Assembly: GCA_012295275.1 (NCBI GenBank)
Contig: CM022667.1
Span: 14,136,001-14,200,000, forward strand
From: Chrysomallon squamiferum
Taxonomy: Eukaryota; Animalia; Mollusca
DNA: 64,000 nt
Reading direction: 5' to 3'
Position numbers and translations under genes: made by a program. Below, piece by piece: positions 35,472-51,424 of the stretch; the stretch's first letter is position 1, and every line of letters starts with the position of its first letter. The notes below the pieces were generated by a model. It did no database searches. It saw nothing but the letters and a program-made list of their open reading frames with translations, and had not been told where the DNA came from.

Positions 35472-36226
35472 TAATAATAATAATAATAATAATAAAATCA
35501 AAATAAAGAAACAAATAAATAAACAACAACAATAACAGTTAAAAACAAACAACAACAACAACAAGAGCAACGACATTAATTAAGAAGAAAAAGAAAATAA
35601 TTAAAGTTAAAAGAAAACAGTCCCAAAACCAGGCCCATTTCTAAAATTACAAAAAAAAAAAAAAAACACACCAAACGCCCACTTTGCTTGGAATGATTCA
35701 CAAAACATAACATGCGCAAAAACCCTACGAACGTAACTTCACAGGGGAGCAATTAACATTTAGAATTCAACCAACTTCATCATTTCTTAAGTAACAGAGG
35801 CCTTAGAGGACGCTGCTGAATAATCAGCTTTTGTTATGATATGGCAACATTCATTTTTCCCTGACGTAAAATATTCCATTTTCATTTTCTTTTTCTTCTT
35901 CTATATATAATCTGATCATTTGAGACTGGCTGAAAAATATTTCTGGCTACAGATTTTTTGGCCGTTTTCAGGAAATCTGATGATTTGTATTGTGATTTGT
36001 TCTCTTTTTTTTTTTTGTTTTTTTTTTCTTACATTTTTAGTTGTTAGGAGTGGATGAGTAATGAGTGTGTTATGTATGGAGGTATTCATTATGACAAGTC
36101 AGTGAACCCTGCAATTCAAACCTGCCGTCTGTATCTCGGTAATATGTCTCTCTAGTTTTACATGAAATAATTATAGCTCTGATTTTTATTTTTTATTTCC
36201 TTCGATTTTATTTTTTTCCCTTTCAG

Positions 36227-36257
<31 letters not shown>

Positions 36258-36898
36258 GAAAAAAGAAAGTGATTATAAATGAGAAGCCAAGGGACTGTTA
36301 TAATGCGGTGATTTTTATTTTATTTTTGCATTTCGTTATCTTTATTTGGTTATGTAATGTTATTACCATTGTTTTTTTATTTAAATAAGAAAGCGCGTGT
36401 AAAATGGCATATGTCAGTTTGTTAATATGTTTATGATAAAACAATGCTACTGCTTTTGTGTGGGAGAATTTGTTTATAGTTTTGTTCGTACATAATGTGT
36501 ATGTAAATTTGCATTTGTATACGATAATATGTTGAACGTATCTTCTGTATATACATATGTATGTAGATGCATGTATGTATCTGTATATGTGTCTTGTATG
36601 TATCTGTATATGTGTCTTGTATGTAAATATACATATATACATATACATACATACATTCATACACACACACACATATATACATGTATAATATATAGATAAA
36701 TGTATTTGTGTACACACACACACACACGCATACATATATAGACATACATATACATATACATATGTACACGTGCCAGTATGTGTATGTATTTACGTATAAT
36801 CAGTCTTAAATACCAGTTCCCCAACATAATTGTAGCAACTTCACTAGCAAATGTTGTATCTCTTACATTACACAAAATCAGAAGACGTTTTCACAACC

Positions 36899-36929
<31 letters not shown>

Positions 36930-37559
36930 CCCACAAACATACATAAATACAAAAAAAAATTAAAAAACCATAAAATAAAAATAAATAAAAAAAAATTACG
37001 ATTGCTTTGATTCATACACACTATCGACCCCTAGTCTCGATAATTACTTTAATTTGCGGCTTTTCTGCACAGGAAATGAAGTTGAGAGACGAAGAAGACC
37101 CACAGAGGATTTCGCTACTCGCGTCTGTTCGTGAGCCGAGCCAGGTCGAGGCTAATACGCAAACTCAATGGCTGTCATCTGGCAGTGCACGCTAACACGT
37201 GCACCTTGGCCTCAGCAGGATATTGGAAAAATATAAATAACAAGATTATTAGTGATAAATGGTCTGGTAGTCGTGTCGGAAGTGGCAGGATCAAACACGG
37301 AAAGAACAAGAGATAACGGATTTCTATCAAGAATGGAAAAAAAAAAAAAAAATCGTGAGGAAGAAGAAACGGGATTTTGCTTTTGTGTCCAATATTGTTA
37401 TTTACGTTACTTTTTGTTGCTGATGGTGGTTGTTGTTGTTGTTGTTGTCTGGTTATTGTTACTGTTGTTGTTGTTGATGCTGCCGTTAACACTACTACCA
37501 CTGCTATTTCCTTGTCCTCCCCACTACAATTACTATTAAAACAAGAAATACTTCTTCTT

Positions 37560-37562
37560 CTG

Positions 37563-37612
<50 letters not shown>

Positions 37613-37975
37613 GCTACTGCTACTACTACTACTACTGTTATTACTACTATCCCTATTACAACTACTATCCCTATTACAACTACTACTACAACTACTACTA
37701 CTACTACTACTACTACTACAACTACTACTACTACTACTACTACTGCTGCTGCTGCCACTACTACTACTACTACTACTGTTATTACTATCCCTATTACAAC
37801 TACTACTACTACTACTGCTACTACTACTACTACTACTGTTATTACTACTATCCCTATTACAACTACTACTACTACTACTGTTATCCCTATCCCTATTACA
37901 ACTACTACTACTACTACTGCTACTACTACTACTACAACTGTCTACTATCCCTATTACAACTACTACTACTACTGC
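37560..37975. repeat. Interrupted (CTA)n microsatellite with recurrent ATCCCTATTACA
   Basis: Seen directly in the sequence. Confidence 0.9.
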
Positions 37976-38149
37976 TAGACGATTATACTACCTATCACCA
38001 TCATCAGCATAATCCTGTGACGCCTATCACGTCATCAGCATCTGCACTACGACTACTTGTGCTAATGAACAAGAAAAAAATCAAAAAATCAAAGTCAGAA
38101 ACTGGAAATTAAATTAAAATGTTATGTAGAGAATTACTTGCACACACAG

Positions 38150-38485
38150 ATCAAATTTTGTATTCATCAATAGCAGACAAAAATCTTGAATTCGTCAATT
38201 ACAGAAAAAAAATCTTGTATTAATCAATCACAGAAAAAAAAAAAAAAAAAAAAATGTTGTATTCATCAATGAAAGACAAAAATCTTGAATTCCTAAATTA
38301 TAGAAATTAATGTGAATATAGCAAATACAGAACAAAAAAAATCTTGTATTCATCAATTATAAACAAAAATTACTAATTCATCAATTACCCCCGAAAAACA
38401 AAAAAAATCTTGTTTTAATCAATCTCAGAAAAAAATCATCTTGAATTCATCAGTTACGGTCAGAAATCTTCAATTCATCAGTCTA
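38150..38485. repeat. Degenerate ~28-30-bp minisatellite (AAAAATCTTGwATTCATCAATTACAG), about 11 copies
   Basis: Repeated ATCTTG(T/A)ATTC(A/G)TCAAT units separated by variable A-tracts. Confidence 0.8.
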
Positions 38486-39788
38486 CGAAACAATTATTTC
38501 TTCTGTTTTACACACGACTAGCTAACAGGTTTCCTAAGAAATTCCATTCTTGACGGGAGCAAATCGAAATCTCATTTCTCAGTTACTCCTTCACAAGGTC
38601 ATGAAATCTTATAAATACTTAGCATTTTTTTTTTTTTTCGTTTAGAAAAAAGTTAGTTTGATTCTTTATTACTTTTTTGATTAAAAATATTTGGTTAAAA
38701 ATCTAACAGATATCATATAACTGTAATCGGATGGCGAAATCTCGATTTCATCGGAAAGAGAAAACAGAAACAAAATAAGACAAGATGATGATATATTTTG
38801 TTGCTGACTGTTACAGAGGTCAAAGCAAGCATGTTATGGACATAGAGTATTATTCTTCGTTGTTTAACAACTAACGGCAATTTCTATGGCACTTTCTAAC
38901 ACATTATGTAAAGAAAAGAAAAACAACTGTAGTAGTATTATGATTTGCATATGTTTATAAAATAAGTTTAAGCATACTGACGTTTATTCATTGCTTTCCA
39001 ATTATTTCGATATCAGAATATTACAATCTGGAATACAGACAGTTCTGGTTTTCGAACCAACCACTAGCTGGCGTTGTTTCGTGGCGTTTATATTAGGAAA
39101 TCAGTTGTACGAATGAATGATCATCCACCTGGTATTAAACAAAGATAGCACTAGATTACTGCACTGATTATCAAAATCAGTTAAAACAACAACAAAAATA
39201 AATGTGATGAAAATGTAAGGATTAATGCTAATTTTAGTAGTAATAGTAGTAGTAGTAGTAGTAGTAGTAGTAGCAGTAGTAGTAGCAGCAGCAGCAGTAG
39301 TAGTAACTGTTAGGAAAATAGGATTATTAATAGTAGTACTAGTAGTACTAAATATTGAAATGATAGTAGTAGACTTTGTAGGTTCTAGAAATAATAACGA
39401 TATTGATAGCAGTACCAAAACTACCAGCACTGGTAGTAATAAGCAATACTACAACTAGAAGGAGTAATCATGATATAGTACACATCTTGAGTTGCAAAGA
39501 TTCCGTTGTACAGACCAGTTTCCATTTTGCTTGAAATAATTGCATTCCTCTGGAACCAGTTCGTTATCCACATGCACTGTCAATGCTTATGCTTAGACAG
39601 ATTATAATCAATGTAAACGAATGAGCTGAGTCTGACCGATGAGACTTAAACAAAAGAAAATATTTATTCTTAATGCAGAGCCTGTACCAGCATTGTAACT
39701 CTCTGAGTATCTGCTTCGTCGGAACCGGGTTTGAAGAACGTAAAACCCAGATATCTGTATTTTTGGCTGTTTTACTAGTATGGATGAT

Positions 39789-39899
<111 letters not shown>

Positions 39900-40075
39900 A
39901 GACAGACAGACAGATTATTTTTACCAATATTATTTCATTCATTCATTCATGCAGGAGCTAAGAGAGCGGCAAATCTCCTCAAGGTAAATCATTAAAAATG
40001 ACATTTCCTGTATTCATGTCACGTCTGTCTTATTCGTTTGACTTGGTGCTGAAGAAGAATACTAGCACTTTATAG

Positions 40076-40162
<87 letters not shown>

Positions 40163-41858
40163 TGAAATATAATCCTAAGAAAAGAAAGCACCAGTGTTTC
40201 TAATGGATGCGTAAAGACTGATCGTACATAAATAAAATGAACAGTTTTCGGCACAGACGGTATAATTATTGTAGGACACTTTCCAAGCCAGCAGCCATTG
40301 TCACTGTAACCTTTCCGAGCAATAATTAGATAAGATGTAGCTGCAAGAAAAGACTGCACGTTGGCAAAGCAACATCAGTTGACGGATGCACTTTCATCAT
40401 TTCTCACTAAAGGTCGCAGCACTTAGAAGCGCAGGATAATAAACGTTTATTTTCTTTTTCCTTTTTGTTTCTTAACTCGTGCGTTTTCTTAGAAAATACT
40501 GTCCCATCATTTTTCGTGGTCTAAACTAAATGAAAACGCTGGTTTAGTGAGGTATAGTAATAGAACTAATATTGAACTGGTAACGAAATGAGCTGAATTT
40601 GCTTTCAAAGTTCAAGTCCGATTGTGTTTAAATCGACTCTGGCTTATAAGTCGGTTGAAATGACTAAGTGATGCTTTAACTACAAAATAACAAGTCCTTG
40701 TAATTCTACTGCTTCCACTACCACTACTACTATTGCTAATGCTTCCAGTGGTAATTTGCTGCTTCTACTACTACTGCTACTGATAATATTATTAGAACCA
40801 CTAGAACTATTCTGTAAATACTAACTCTACTACTACTACTACCACCACCATAACCATCACCACTAGTACTACTACTGCTGTTACTGTCACTATCACTGCT
40901 GCTACTACTACTGCTACTACTACTACTACTACTACTACAGCACTGCTATCTAAACCATCTCCCATCAACACAATGATGATGAAAACTGACGTAGCACAAA
41001 CTTCAGTTGCTACAAATGCATGCCAATAATAACAGAGGACCTCATGCTGTTCAGATGTATTTGACAATTAAATTTTCATCAGCTGAAAATCCATCAGTAT
41101 TAATGATGCTCAAGCTTACATAACCCGTCACACATGTTGTCGTGATCAAAATGCAAACATTGATCAAAACTAGATAAAACACAACAGAGTGATACACACT
41201 ATCATCTCTGTCTTTCATTTCGCTTTCCATCACATGCATATATCACGCAGAAAGGAAAACAGAAGAAAAGAGAGAGTGGTATGGATAGACAGACAAACAG
41301 ATGCACTGACTGACAGTGTAAGATCTCTTAACTGAATAAACGACAGAAAGAAACGATATATGATATATATATATATATATATATATTATGCACAAGCATA
41401 TAAACATACAAAAATACAGATCTATATATAGCCATAGCTGTCTATTTATATATTATATCAAAATACATTTATATATATACATACACACGTACATCCATCA
41501 TAATTACATATATTATACAAGGCAGGCACATACATAGTCTAAATGACTTTACAAATTAAGTTCATTAGTCCTTAAAACTATTCTAAGTTATAATTGTACT
41601 GAATGAACTGTCAGGATTTATAAAAACAAAACAAAAAAAAAACCGGTTTGTGTCTTGATCATTAGTATCGCTTAAACGGAGTCTCCATTTGATAACTTGA
41701 AATTTTCATCAAAGCTAATTAATTACGAGAAAGATATTTAGCTCAAACGACTGAACTTTGATCATTAAATATAAACTTTTAAATGCATGAGAATTTTCCA
41801 TTATAGGAATTAACTAACATTCTTTTTGTATGAAAATATATAGCTTTATTTTTCACTG

Positions 41859-41892
<34 letters not shown>

Positions 41893-42965
41893 AGGAATAT
41901 AAAAAGTACAAAACAGTAAAAGACGATGATACAAGACTTTCATTACTTTAAATTCGCATTCATTGGGTTTGTTTCGTAACTAAATATGACAGTATGATGT
42001 CCTTAATGGCTTTTAATACGACAGTCTTAAATTACGGCTTTGAAACATAAAGTTAAAGGGTGCAATTAATTTAATAACATTGCGCAGTTAATGTAATAAC
42101 TGAGTTAAAGAGAGACGCAAATACGCATTTTTAACCGACCGATTTATTATTAATTTTTTATCTTATTTTTATAATGGCGTTCTCTATTTTATTTTTTTTT
42201 TTTTTTACTTTTTTCCCCATTATACCGATCCGTTCATTATATTCTACAAGTAATGAAAATATATAGTTTCAAGTATATGATCCAATTATTTTAAAGTTTT
42301 AAATGTCCATTAAGATGAAGTAAAAAAGTTTATTTTTCAAGAATCACAAAAATCGGTAAGCAAAAAATGTTGATAGGGCAAATTAGCTATATGAATATAT
42401 ATGTAAGTAATTAATTTGTGAAGAAAACAAATACCGGTAAACAAAATTAGGGTAGATAATCTTACGAATATAATAATGCAAGTAATTAATTTAGGCTTGT
42501 ATTCTTCAACTTTGTTTTCAAAACATAATGATATTGCCTCTAATTACTTTAATATGATATATATATATATATTTTTTTTTTTTTCTTTGGGAAGAAGAAC
42601 GAACGCTTTGAAAAAGTAAATAAATCAGTTAATGGTTAATACTAGATTGATTACATTTAATAACAACTGAGGATGAGACGATATTAATTCAAAGGAAAGC
42701 TAAAGATATTAGTTTAATCAGGTGTGTGTATTTGGACGATGCACATACCAATTACGGTTAATGAGTATACTGTGAGTGAGTGAAGCGATAGCGGCTTTTG
42801 TGAAAGCTCAGATCGTTCACTTTCGTACATTTTACTAATGAACGTGTTTTAATCACGACGAAATCCCGGCCGCGACGGCGTAGATGTAAAATATCGGTCT
42901 TAAACGTGGTGGCTGACGTGTCGGTCCAAGCAGATTTAAAGAGAAAGATCCTGTACAGTATCTGT

Positions 42966-43073
<108 letters not shown>

Positions 43074-43834
43074 TCCCCTCCCTCTCTCTCCCTCCCTCCC
43101 TCCCTCTCTCTCTCCCTCCCTCCTCTCTCTCTCTCGCTACTGTCTGTCTTTTTCTCTACTGTCTCTCTCCGTCTCTCTCTCCCTCTGCTGTCTCTATCTC
43201 TCACTGTGTATCTGTCTGTGTATCTGTATTATATGTACCTATCTACATATATATAATCTGTCTATTTATCTCTCTATCTATCAGTCTGTCTGTGTGTCAA
43301 TATGTGTGTCTATTTGTGTGTCTATATGTATGTCTATCTGCCTATATGTCTGTCTATCCCTTTGTCTATATACATGTATAGCTATCTCTGTAGATTTCTT
43401 TCTTTCTTTCTGTCTGTCTGTGTGTGCGTTTGTGTGTCTATCTCTCTCGGATAAATATCGCAGTCCGCCTATGCCTCAGTTCGCGAGTTAATTACTGAAA
43501 AGTAAAGAAACAACACAAGATTTTCACTTTGATCTTGTAACGATCTTTGTCTAGTACAAACAGTTCAGATTCCTTCATTGTTTACTCACCGCAGAGGTGA
43601 TTTAACAACCTGTAGCAGAAGTAAACATGTTTAACACAAAAACCATTGATTGTATCGAGTTTTTGGAATCATTACATTACTCTCGACTCTCGAATCACTT
43701 TCTCTTCTTTTGAAAAAAAAACAACAAAAAAAAACAAATGGAAAAAGAAATCTTCGCTAGATACAAATGATTAAATTGGTGACGAGTTTTTTTTTTTTTA
43801 ATGTGTTGTTCTTATTTAGAGATAGCGAGCGAAC

Positions 43835-43885
<51 letters not shown>

Positions 43886-45251
43886 AGGGCGGAGTAGTGG
43901 AGGGAAGGAGAGAGACTGAGAGAGAGAGAGGGAGGGAGTGAGAGAAAGAATATTTTTGCTAAAGTACTGCAAGTTTATAAGTTTAAAATATGCTATTTAA
44001 CTCTATAGAAAGCTAGTTATTTACTGAAAACATTATGAATGTTCATAAGCCTCAAGGATAAAATATATGTTTCTATGTTTTTATTTTACGTGTGTGTGTG
44101 TATATGTGTATGTGTGTACTCTGCCCATCTGTAAAAACAGATATATAGATATAAACATATTTACACATTTACATATCTGATATACATCACTTCTATAACA
44201 TATGTGACATTATAAGACATAAATTATGTATTTATATCTACATATTTCAAACGTGTTGAATATCGGTCAGAATATAAATACAGTTAATTTCAGTTCAGAC
44301 AAACCACCTTGACTCATGGGCTGTGTGCGTGGAACACAAACACTTTTAATTAGGAAGGGACCTGTGCTCTCTAAGCTGTCTATATTGCCCATTTTGCCTA
44401 ATTAATTGCTCTTCGTAATATGCGCTTAGCAGAAGCACGTACTTTATCATGGTTTGTAGATTCCTGTCCCTGAACTGAACTGTCTGTCAAAGTTCAACGA
44501 TTTTGTCCACAACAGCCATGCTTGAACAGTTCTGTTATTTAAGCATGCAAATAATTATCCACACCACATCCATCATCGTCATCATCATCAATGAGAAACA
44601 ATCTCCAATTTCCTTCACAAAAACATTTCTAACGATAGTACTTGATTTTGAAAAACATTCTGTATTAATATAGTAGTCTTGTATTATTCGCACCAATCCA
44701 AAAGCACAGTAGTTCGAAAAAAAGAAATGTATACAATGATCATAACATAACGTAACAGCCATACAAAACTTTATTAGTAACCATAGCAGCAATGTGGTTA
44801 TAGCGTTTAGCATTAACTGCGGTAACTAGTATTAGTAAATACAGCATAAAATCAAGATTCATGGAAGATATTGTTTTGTTATCACTTTTACTACTTCATT
44901 TGTTAATTCAGACACGACATGGCACTTGCAAGACAAACAAAGTACTGTTACAGTAAAACAGAGTTTGGTGTTTTCATTATTATGGTGGAATTGACGTCAT
45001 GATCGTGGGATTTAACATGTTGTCGAGGTGGTGAGATGCAATAAAATACAGTCTATTATTCCTGTTTACTGGATTAACAAATAAACGTGTTTACCATTTC
45101 AGTTTATTGCTGTACCAAGATAACTCATGAAATCTGAGTATTACATTCAGCTTTTCATTACTGCAAATATGTTTATCCTTTTTTGCACAGATACATACAT
45201 ACATACATACATACATACATACATACATACATACATACATACATACATACA

Positions 45252-45285
<34 letters not shown>

Positions 45286-45835
45286 CCTACATACATACAT
45301 ACATACTAATATCTGATGTCCGAACTGACACCCATAAAACTGTCGGTATATATTTCCATCGTGGTCCAATCTGTTATATGATCTCTTTGGAACGCACCAT
45401 CTCAGAATCAACAGATATATATATTTCATTTAGTCTTAGAAGATTTAATCAACAACATTTTGAAACTTATTTCTCAAATAAACAAAAGCTCTTTGGCTCA
45501 CGTTAGATAAAGGACTGTTACTTCGAGGACGAATTCATCAGGGTCTGTTACACGTGGCCTGTGTAAACAAGGATCATTTCCAGATAACTTCAACAACGGC
45601 GATCATGACAGTGCATGTTTATTGGTCATTTCACAGTAGGAGATTGACTGAAGTTTCTGAAAGGCTAAAACTGATAAGCTTTGATGAAAGGGAGACAGAT
45701 ATATATATATATATATATGTGTGTGTATGTGTGTGTGTGTTTTTGTGCGTGTTAGTGCGTGTTAGAATGGGAAGAAAAAAAAAAGAGAAACAGACAAACG
45801 AAAAGATTCAGAGGTACCCTGAGACAGAGTCACAG

Positions 45836-45940
<105 letters not shown>

Positions 45941-46109
45941 CCTGACATATTTTTTTTTTTTTTTTTTTATCTGCTGGTTGCTTATCGATAACATTACTGA
46001 ATAAAGCAGCTGATTGGGTTTCGTGTTTACACTTATAATCCTGAAAAGCCATTGACATGAGCGGTTTTCCTTATATATATATATATATATATCAGTAAAC
46101 ATATAACGA

Positions 46110-46620
46110 TCAGAACAGCTCGAGTCTGCGCGTCTACGACAGTTCCTGGTTCTGGCACCTGATTCAGCTTCACAAAGCTAAGTACTAGAAAGATTACCAT
46201 TAAACAGTAAAGTTAAACCGCCGAGTTTTCAGTTGAGATGTGGTGAGAAGAATGCTGTTAACACGTCCTCTGGAAAAAAAACTAGGCTCGCCGCAGAAAT
46301 CCTGCCCCGTCCTCCCGTCCCCCCCCCCATCCCCGGAGTTGTTGTCGCCGTAGCTGCGGCGGCTCTTCATCGTCGCTTCTGCGTGAAATAATCGAGTTAA
46401 AGAGTGACGCAAAACAAGAAGTGAAATGTCCACTGGAAGACGAGCGCCACGGGCCCAGTCATAATGTCGAGAGATTCGTCAAATATTGAATTTTTATTTG
46501 CAATCCCGTTAAGCAATTTTCTACGTCGATTTAAGCGAAATTGCGCAGACACTCCGAGGAGAGAATTAGTCAGACTCGATGGCGTTGCCGTAATCTGGTG
46601 CACTGCGTAAAGAATAAACG
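46110..46620. promoter_or_regulatory. CpG-rich non-coding patch with C-tract, candidate promoter or 5' exon
   Basis: GC-rich core at 46285-46385 (CTGCCCCGTCCTCCCGTCCCCCCCCCATCCCCGG); ORFs here are short and unconvincing. Confidence 0.35.
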
Positions 46621-46946
46621 TACAGACAGACTTGGAGACGGACAGACAGAACCGTTAATTTCTGAGAAGCAGATTAGTCGCAGATGTCAATGATTTTTTT
46701 CGTAATTTCGCCTAGAAATAATGAAAAAAAAATAATAATAATAACACAGTCAAAGTATATTAAAACTGTGTGGATTATTGCTGGTCGTTCTGCTAAACCT
46801 TTGTTAAGTCGAAATGTGTGTATGTGGAAGTTTTACTCTGCAGAGTAACAGTCTACACAAAGATAACAATATCAAGTACGTAATTAGAAAATTAATCCAG
46901 GGAATCGATATATAATTACGGATCTACGTAGGCGAGAGAGTGTCTC

Positions 46947-47000
<54 letters not shown>

Positions 47001-47291
47001 ATTTGTATTCATGATCGATGTTAAAAGCACGGAAGAAAAAGAAGAAAAACGACATCGTCAATAAATTATCATGGACTTATTAGTTTGATTATCATCAGGG
47101 ACGGACCTATTACGAAACTAATGACGTTTAAGCTCTAGAGAACCTAATCCATTATTTATTTGTTATTACTTTTTATTATTTTATTTTATTTTATTTTATT
47201 TTATGAATCTAAAATTTTGAAACCTGTCGTAGTTTACTGCAGCAAAAGAAAATAAGAGTAGTTTACTCAGACCTCGCTGATGCTTGCTAAT

Positions 47292-47344
47292 GGGACCCAT
47301 AATGGTTCAAGCTTCAGGTCCCCAAAAATGTAGATCCGCCATTG
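47292..47344 (-). mobile_element. Terminal fragment of a hAT-like non-autonomous DNA transposon (MITE)
   Basis: Minus strand CAATGGCGGATCTACATTTTTGGGGACCTGAAGCTTGAACCATTATGGGTCCC resembles the CAGGGGCGGATCCAG..TTTT..GGGGCCTGAAGCTT..GGGCCC end of MER53-type elements as I recall it. No partner TIR seen. Confidence 0.45.
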
Positions 47345-49265
47345 ATTATCATACAAGGTTATTACTAATAAAGATTGGCCCGTTCCTGCTGAATACCCGC
47401 TTAAATTGTTAAACATGTTGATTTCTTATTCTTTCGCGTCAACAAGAACGAAAAATCAGCCTGGATTTTATTAGCTTTCTCTGTAACCGTGGATATGGTG
47501 CCAAACCCTGAAAGTGCAGTGTTAATTCCTCCGCGATGAGGAGAGCATCCGACTGGTTTTAAGATTATAAAACGCACGTTTGTCGTCAATAATAAACTGA
47601 CAGTCGCGTCTACAGTAACATCTGTTGTAGCTGGGACATTAACAATACAAAGACTTCCACAGATCTGATATTTATGTTATGCTTTATTTACTATTATTAG
47701 TACAGCTGTTACAGCCGTATTTACAATTATGACCATGCTAATTTTAACAGTATCGTCATTATTTGAACAACAACTACTTTTATTACTACTACTACTAACT
47801 ATTACCACTACTGTTATTTTGCTACTGCTTCTAATAACGATATCAGTACTACTACTTCTACTATCACTACAGCAACTACTACTAACTGCTGATATTAATA
47901 AAACTATCACTACTATTACTATTATTATTATTACTACTACCATTACTATTGCTGAAACTGCAACAACCTCTACCTCTACCTCTACTAGGACTTATTCTGC
48001 TGATCCATCGGCAAATATTTTAAAAGAAAACATACATAGTCAAGAAGAATCGAAAACAACAAACAACAACAATAACAACAACGTAAGTAGAAGCAGCAGC
48101 ACCACCTTCACTACCACCACCAACAACAACACTAATAATAATAAATAATAATAATAATAATCATCATCATCATCATATTCATCGTCATCATCATCATCAT
48201 ATTCATCGTCATCATCATCGTCATCATCATCATAATAATACTGACAACAACAGTAACAATTATAACAATAACAGCAACAACATTTCCGCAGTTACAATGA
48301 ACACCAACACCACCAGCGATAGCAGCAACAACAACAAGGACAACAACAACAGATCCGACTATATTTTTTGAACTCGAGACGAAAAAGCTGATGAAAATAA
48401 AACGACGACGTAAAAAGAATAATAACAAAAATAACGGTTTCTTTCATGGCTGAGTTTAGCAAGCCTGTTCTGCAGCTGTTCATACCTGTAATCATTAATT
48501 ACAGGTGAAAGGTCAACGTCCAGTGTTTTAGTGCGTTCAATAAAGAACCACAAAGCACCTATTTAAAATGGCTAATGAGACAGACACAGTTTATCAAGGT
48601 CTCATCAACTATATTTATATATTTTTGTTTATTTAAGTAATAAAACAAAAGCAATGCTTAATATTAAAATAATAACAAAAAAATATATTGCTCTAAAATA
48701 AAAATGGAACATTATTTTATTTAAGAAGAACGTTAGGCTGAAATATATATTGAACCGATACAGTACTAGACATCGGCACTATTAAATATCGAAGTAAAAG
48801 TAGTAATATTAATAGTTCTAGTAGTTGTAGTTGTTGTAGTAATAGTAGTAGTAGTGATAGTAGTGGTAGAAGTTGTGTACTAATGATAATGTTAGTATAA
48901 TGTTATGTTAAATTAATAATAACAGCAATAACACTAAAAGAGTAGTGTTAATAGTAGTAGCAGTGGCGTGGCGATGGTCGTAGTAGTAGTAGTAGTAGTA
49001 GCTGTAGTAATATTAATAGCAGTAATAGGAATAGCAGTGGCAGTAGTAGTAGTAGTAGCAGTAATACCAAAGAATAGTAGTGATTATAGCACTTTAGATG
49101 GTAGAACTAGCAGTTTTAATAATAGCTGAAGTAGTCATATTAGTAAAATGCAGTAATGGTTGTGGTGAAAATAACGGAATAATGGAAATACTAGCAGCAG
49201 CAATAAATAGTAGAAGTATTACAACAATAGTACTGTTACTACTACCACTACTACTACTGCTACTA

Positions 49266-49327
<62 letters not shown>

Positions 49328-49526
49328 GTGTTGTGTTTACGATGATAACAGTTGTATTACTGATCAGGAATAAAGAGTAGAGTTGCCAAACCAATCAGAA
49401 TATTAATAACTGTACAATCAGTGTTATACTGAACTACAAGTAAAATTAACGAGTAATTTATATTATCAAAGAAAACATTTGAAATCTAACTTTAAACCTC
49501 TAATGACTTTACCATAAGCCGAACAA

Positions 49527-49565
<39 letters not shown>

Positions 49566-50159
49566 GGTCACAAAATAAAATGAAATATTCAGTGAAACTT
49601 GTGTTTAAACTATTACGTCATATATATGCACTTTTGACCGTCAAAATTAAACCAGTAGAGTTGTTCATTAATTTTATTTTAAATTTTTGGTTATCATGAT
49701 TTTTGTCTCCCTTCTGGTCTAATAGAATTTCCTCCAAGTATGGCGCAAAACGAATGTTTAAAAAAGATGAGAAAATAGTGCATTGCAAAGCAGCGAAAAA
49801 AGTATTAGAGAGAAAGAAAAAAAAATTAGTGTTTGAGCGAGTACAAGGATAAAAAGTAAGAAATTCAATTAACTTCGTCTAAATTAATTTAGTTTTTCTT
49901 TCATAGATGATAACAAGGACAAACGTGAAGAAAATTCAGTATCGTCCAGCATGTATTTTTTTTTTCTTGTTGTTGTTGTTGGTGTACTTTTCAGATTTAA
50001 AGACTAATCGAAAGTTAAAAAGCAAAATATTCTGATGTTTTGAGTCCTGCTTGCTCTGTCAGCGTTTGTTAGATTTAAGCACGAAAACATGTTTATATTT
50101 GTTTCCTTTCAATTTTATTTACTTTGAAATATTATTATTGTTATTGTTGTTGTTATTGA

Positions 50160-50199
<40 letters not shown>

Positions 50200-50614
50200 G
50201 CTGTTGTTATTATTGTTGTTGTTTTTTACTATTACTATTATAAATATTTGGTAGTAGTGTTAATATTGGTAGTATTAGCAGTAGCAGCTGTAGTGGTAGC
50301 AATAGTATCAGCACTTAGTTTTGCTTTAATGTAGATGGTCGTATTTATAGTATAACTCATTTGTCGTAATTGTCGTAAGTAATCATTATGTATTTTAATA
50401 TATAATATTTTATATATATATATAGTATGTAATATAACAATCATTGTTTTTTCCTGAATATTTAGTATGTAATAATTAGTAGACATTTTGAAGATGCAAC
50501 ATAAAATAATAAAAAAAAAAAAAAAAATTAAAAAAAAATTACATATGCAAGTCTTAAACTATTAATAATTCAAAAATAAAACCAGAATATAATCTTACAT
50601 TGTAAAAAATCTAA

Positions 50615-50648
<34 letters not shown>

Positions 50649-51150
50649 TAAAGTACTTGCAAAGAATATTAATACATTTTCAGAATTCAAATAAGCATTT
50701 TCCTAAAGACCACGACAAACGTACTGTGTTTTCAAGGCCAGTGAAATGAACAGTGCTGGCAATCACGATATTACTATTGTTACAATACCGGCAGCTATAT
50801 TTTGGATTATAGCATTTTAATATAAAATGCCTCTTGGAAATTGAATGGATCTGTTGAGGTCAATGAGAACAATTGATTAATTGCTGTTATTTTTAGACGT
50901 AGAAATTGTGAAATAGAAATTATTATTAATAACTAATCCTACAGATATGACGAATTATTATTATTATTTTTTTTTTTTTCTTTCAGTTTATGATCATTTT
51001 GCGTTATGCAGATCGAGAAGAAGACAGACAGACAGTCAGACAGACAGATAACTATATAGATAGAGAGAGAGGAATGCACAAAGAACAGAGAGAGAGAGAG
51101 AGACAGAGAGAGATAGAGAGCGAGAGAGAGAGAGACAGACAGACAGATAA

Positions 51151-51424
<274 letters not shown>

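Noticed and set aside
37377-38012. Poly-Leu 211-aa ORF
   Set aside because: Translation of a (CTA)n microsatellite.
46200-46603. Short GC-rich ORFs (77 and 68 aa)
   Set aside because: No domain, non-ATG or weak starts, and no consistent splice sites; better explained as a CpG-rich regulatory patch.
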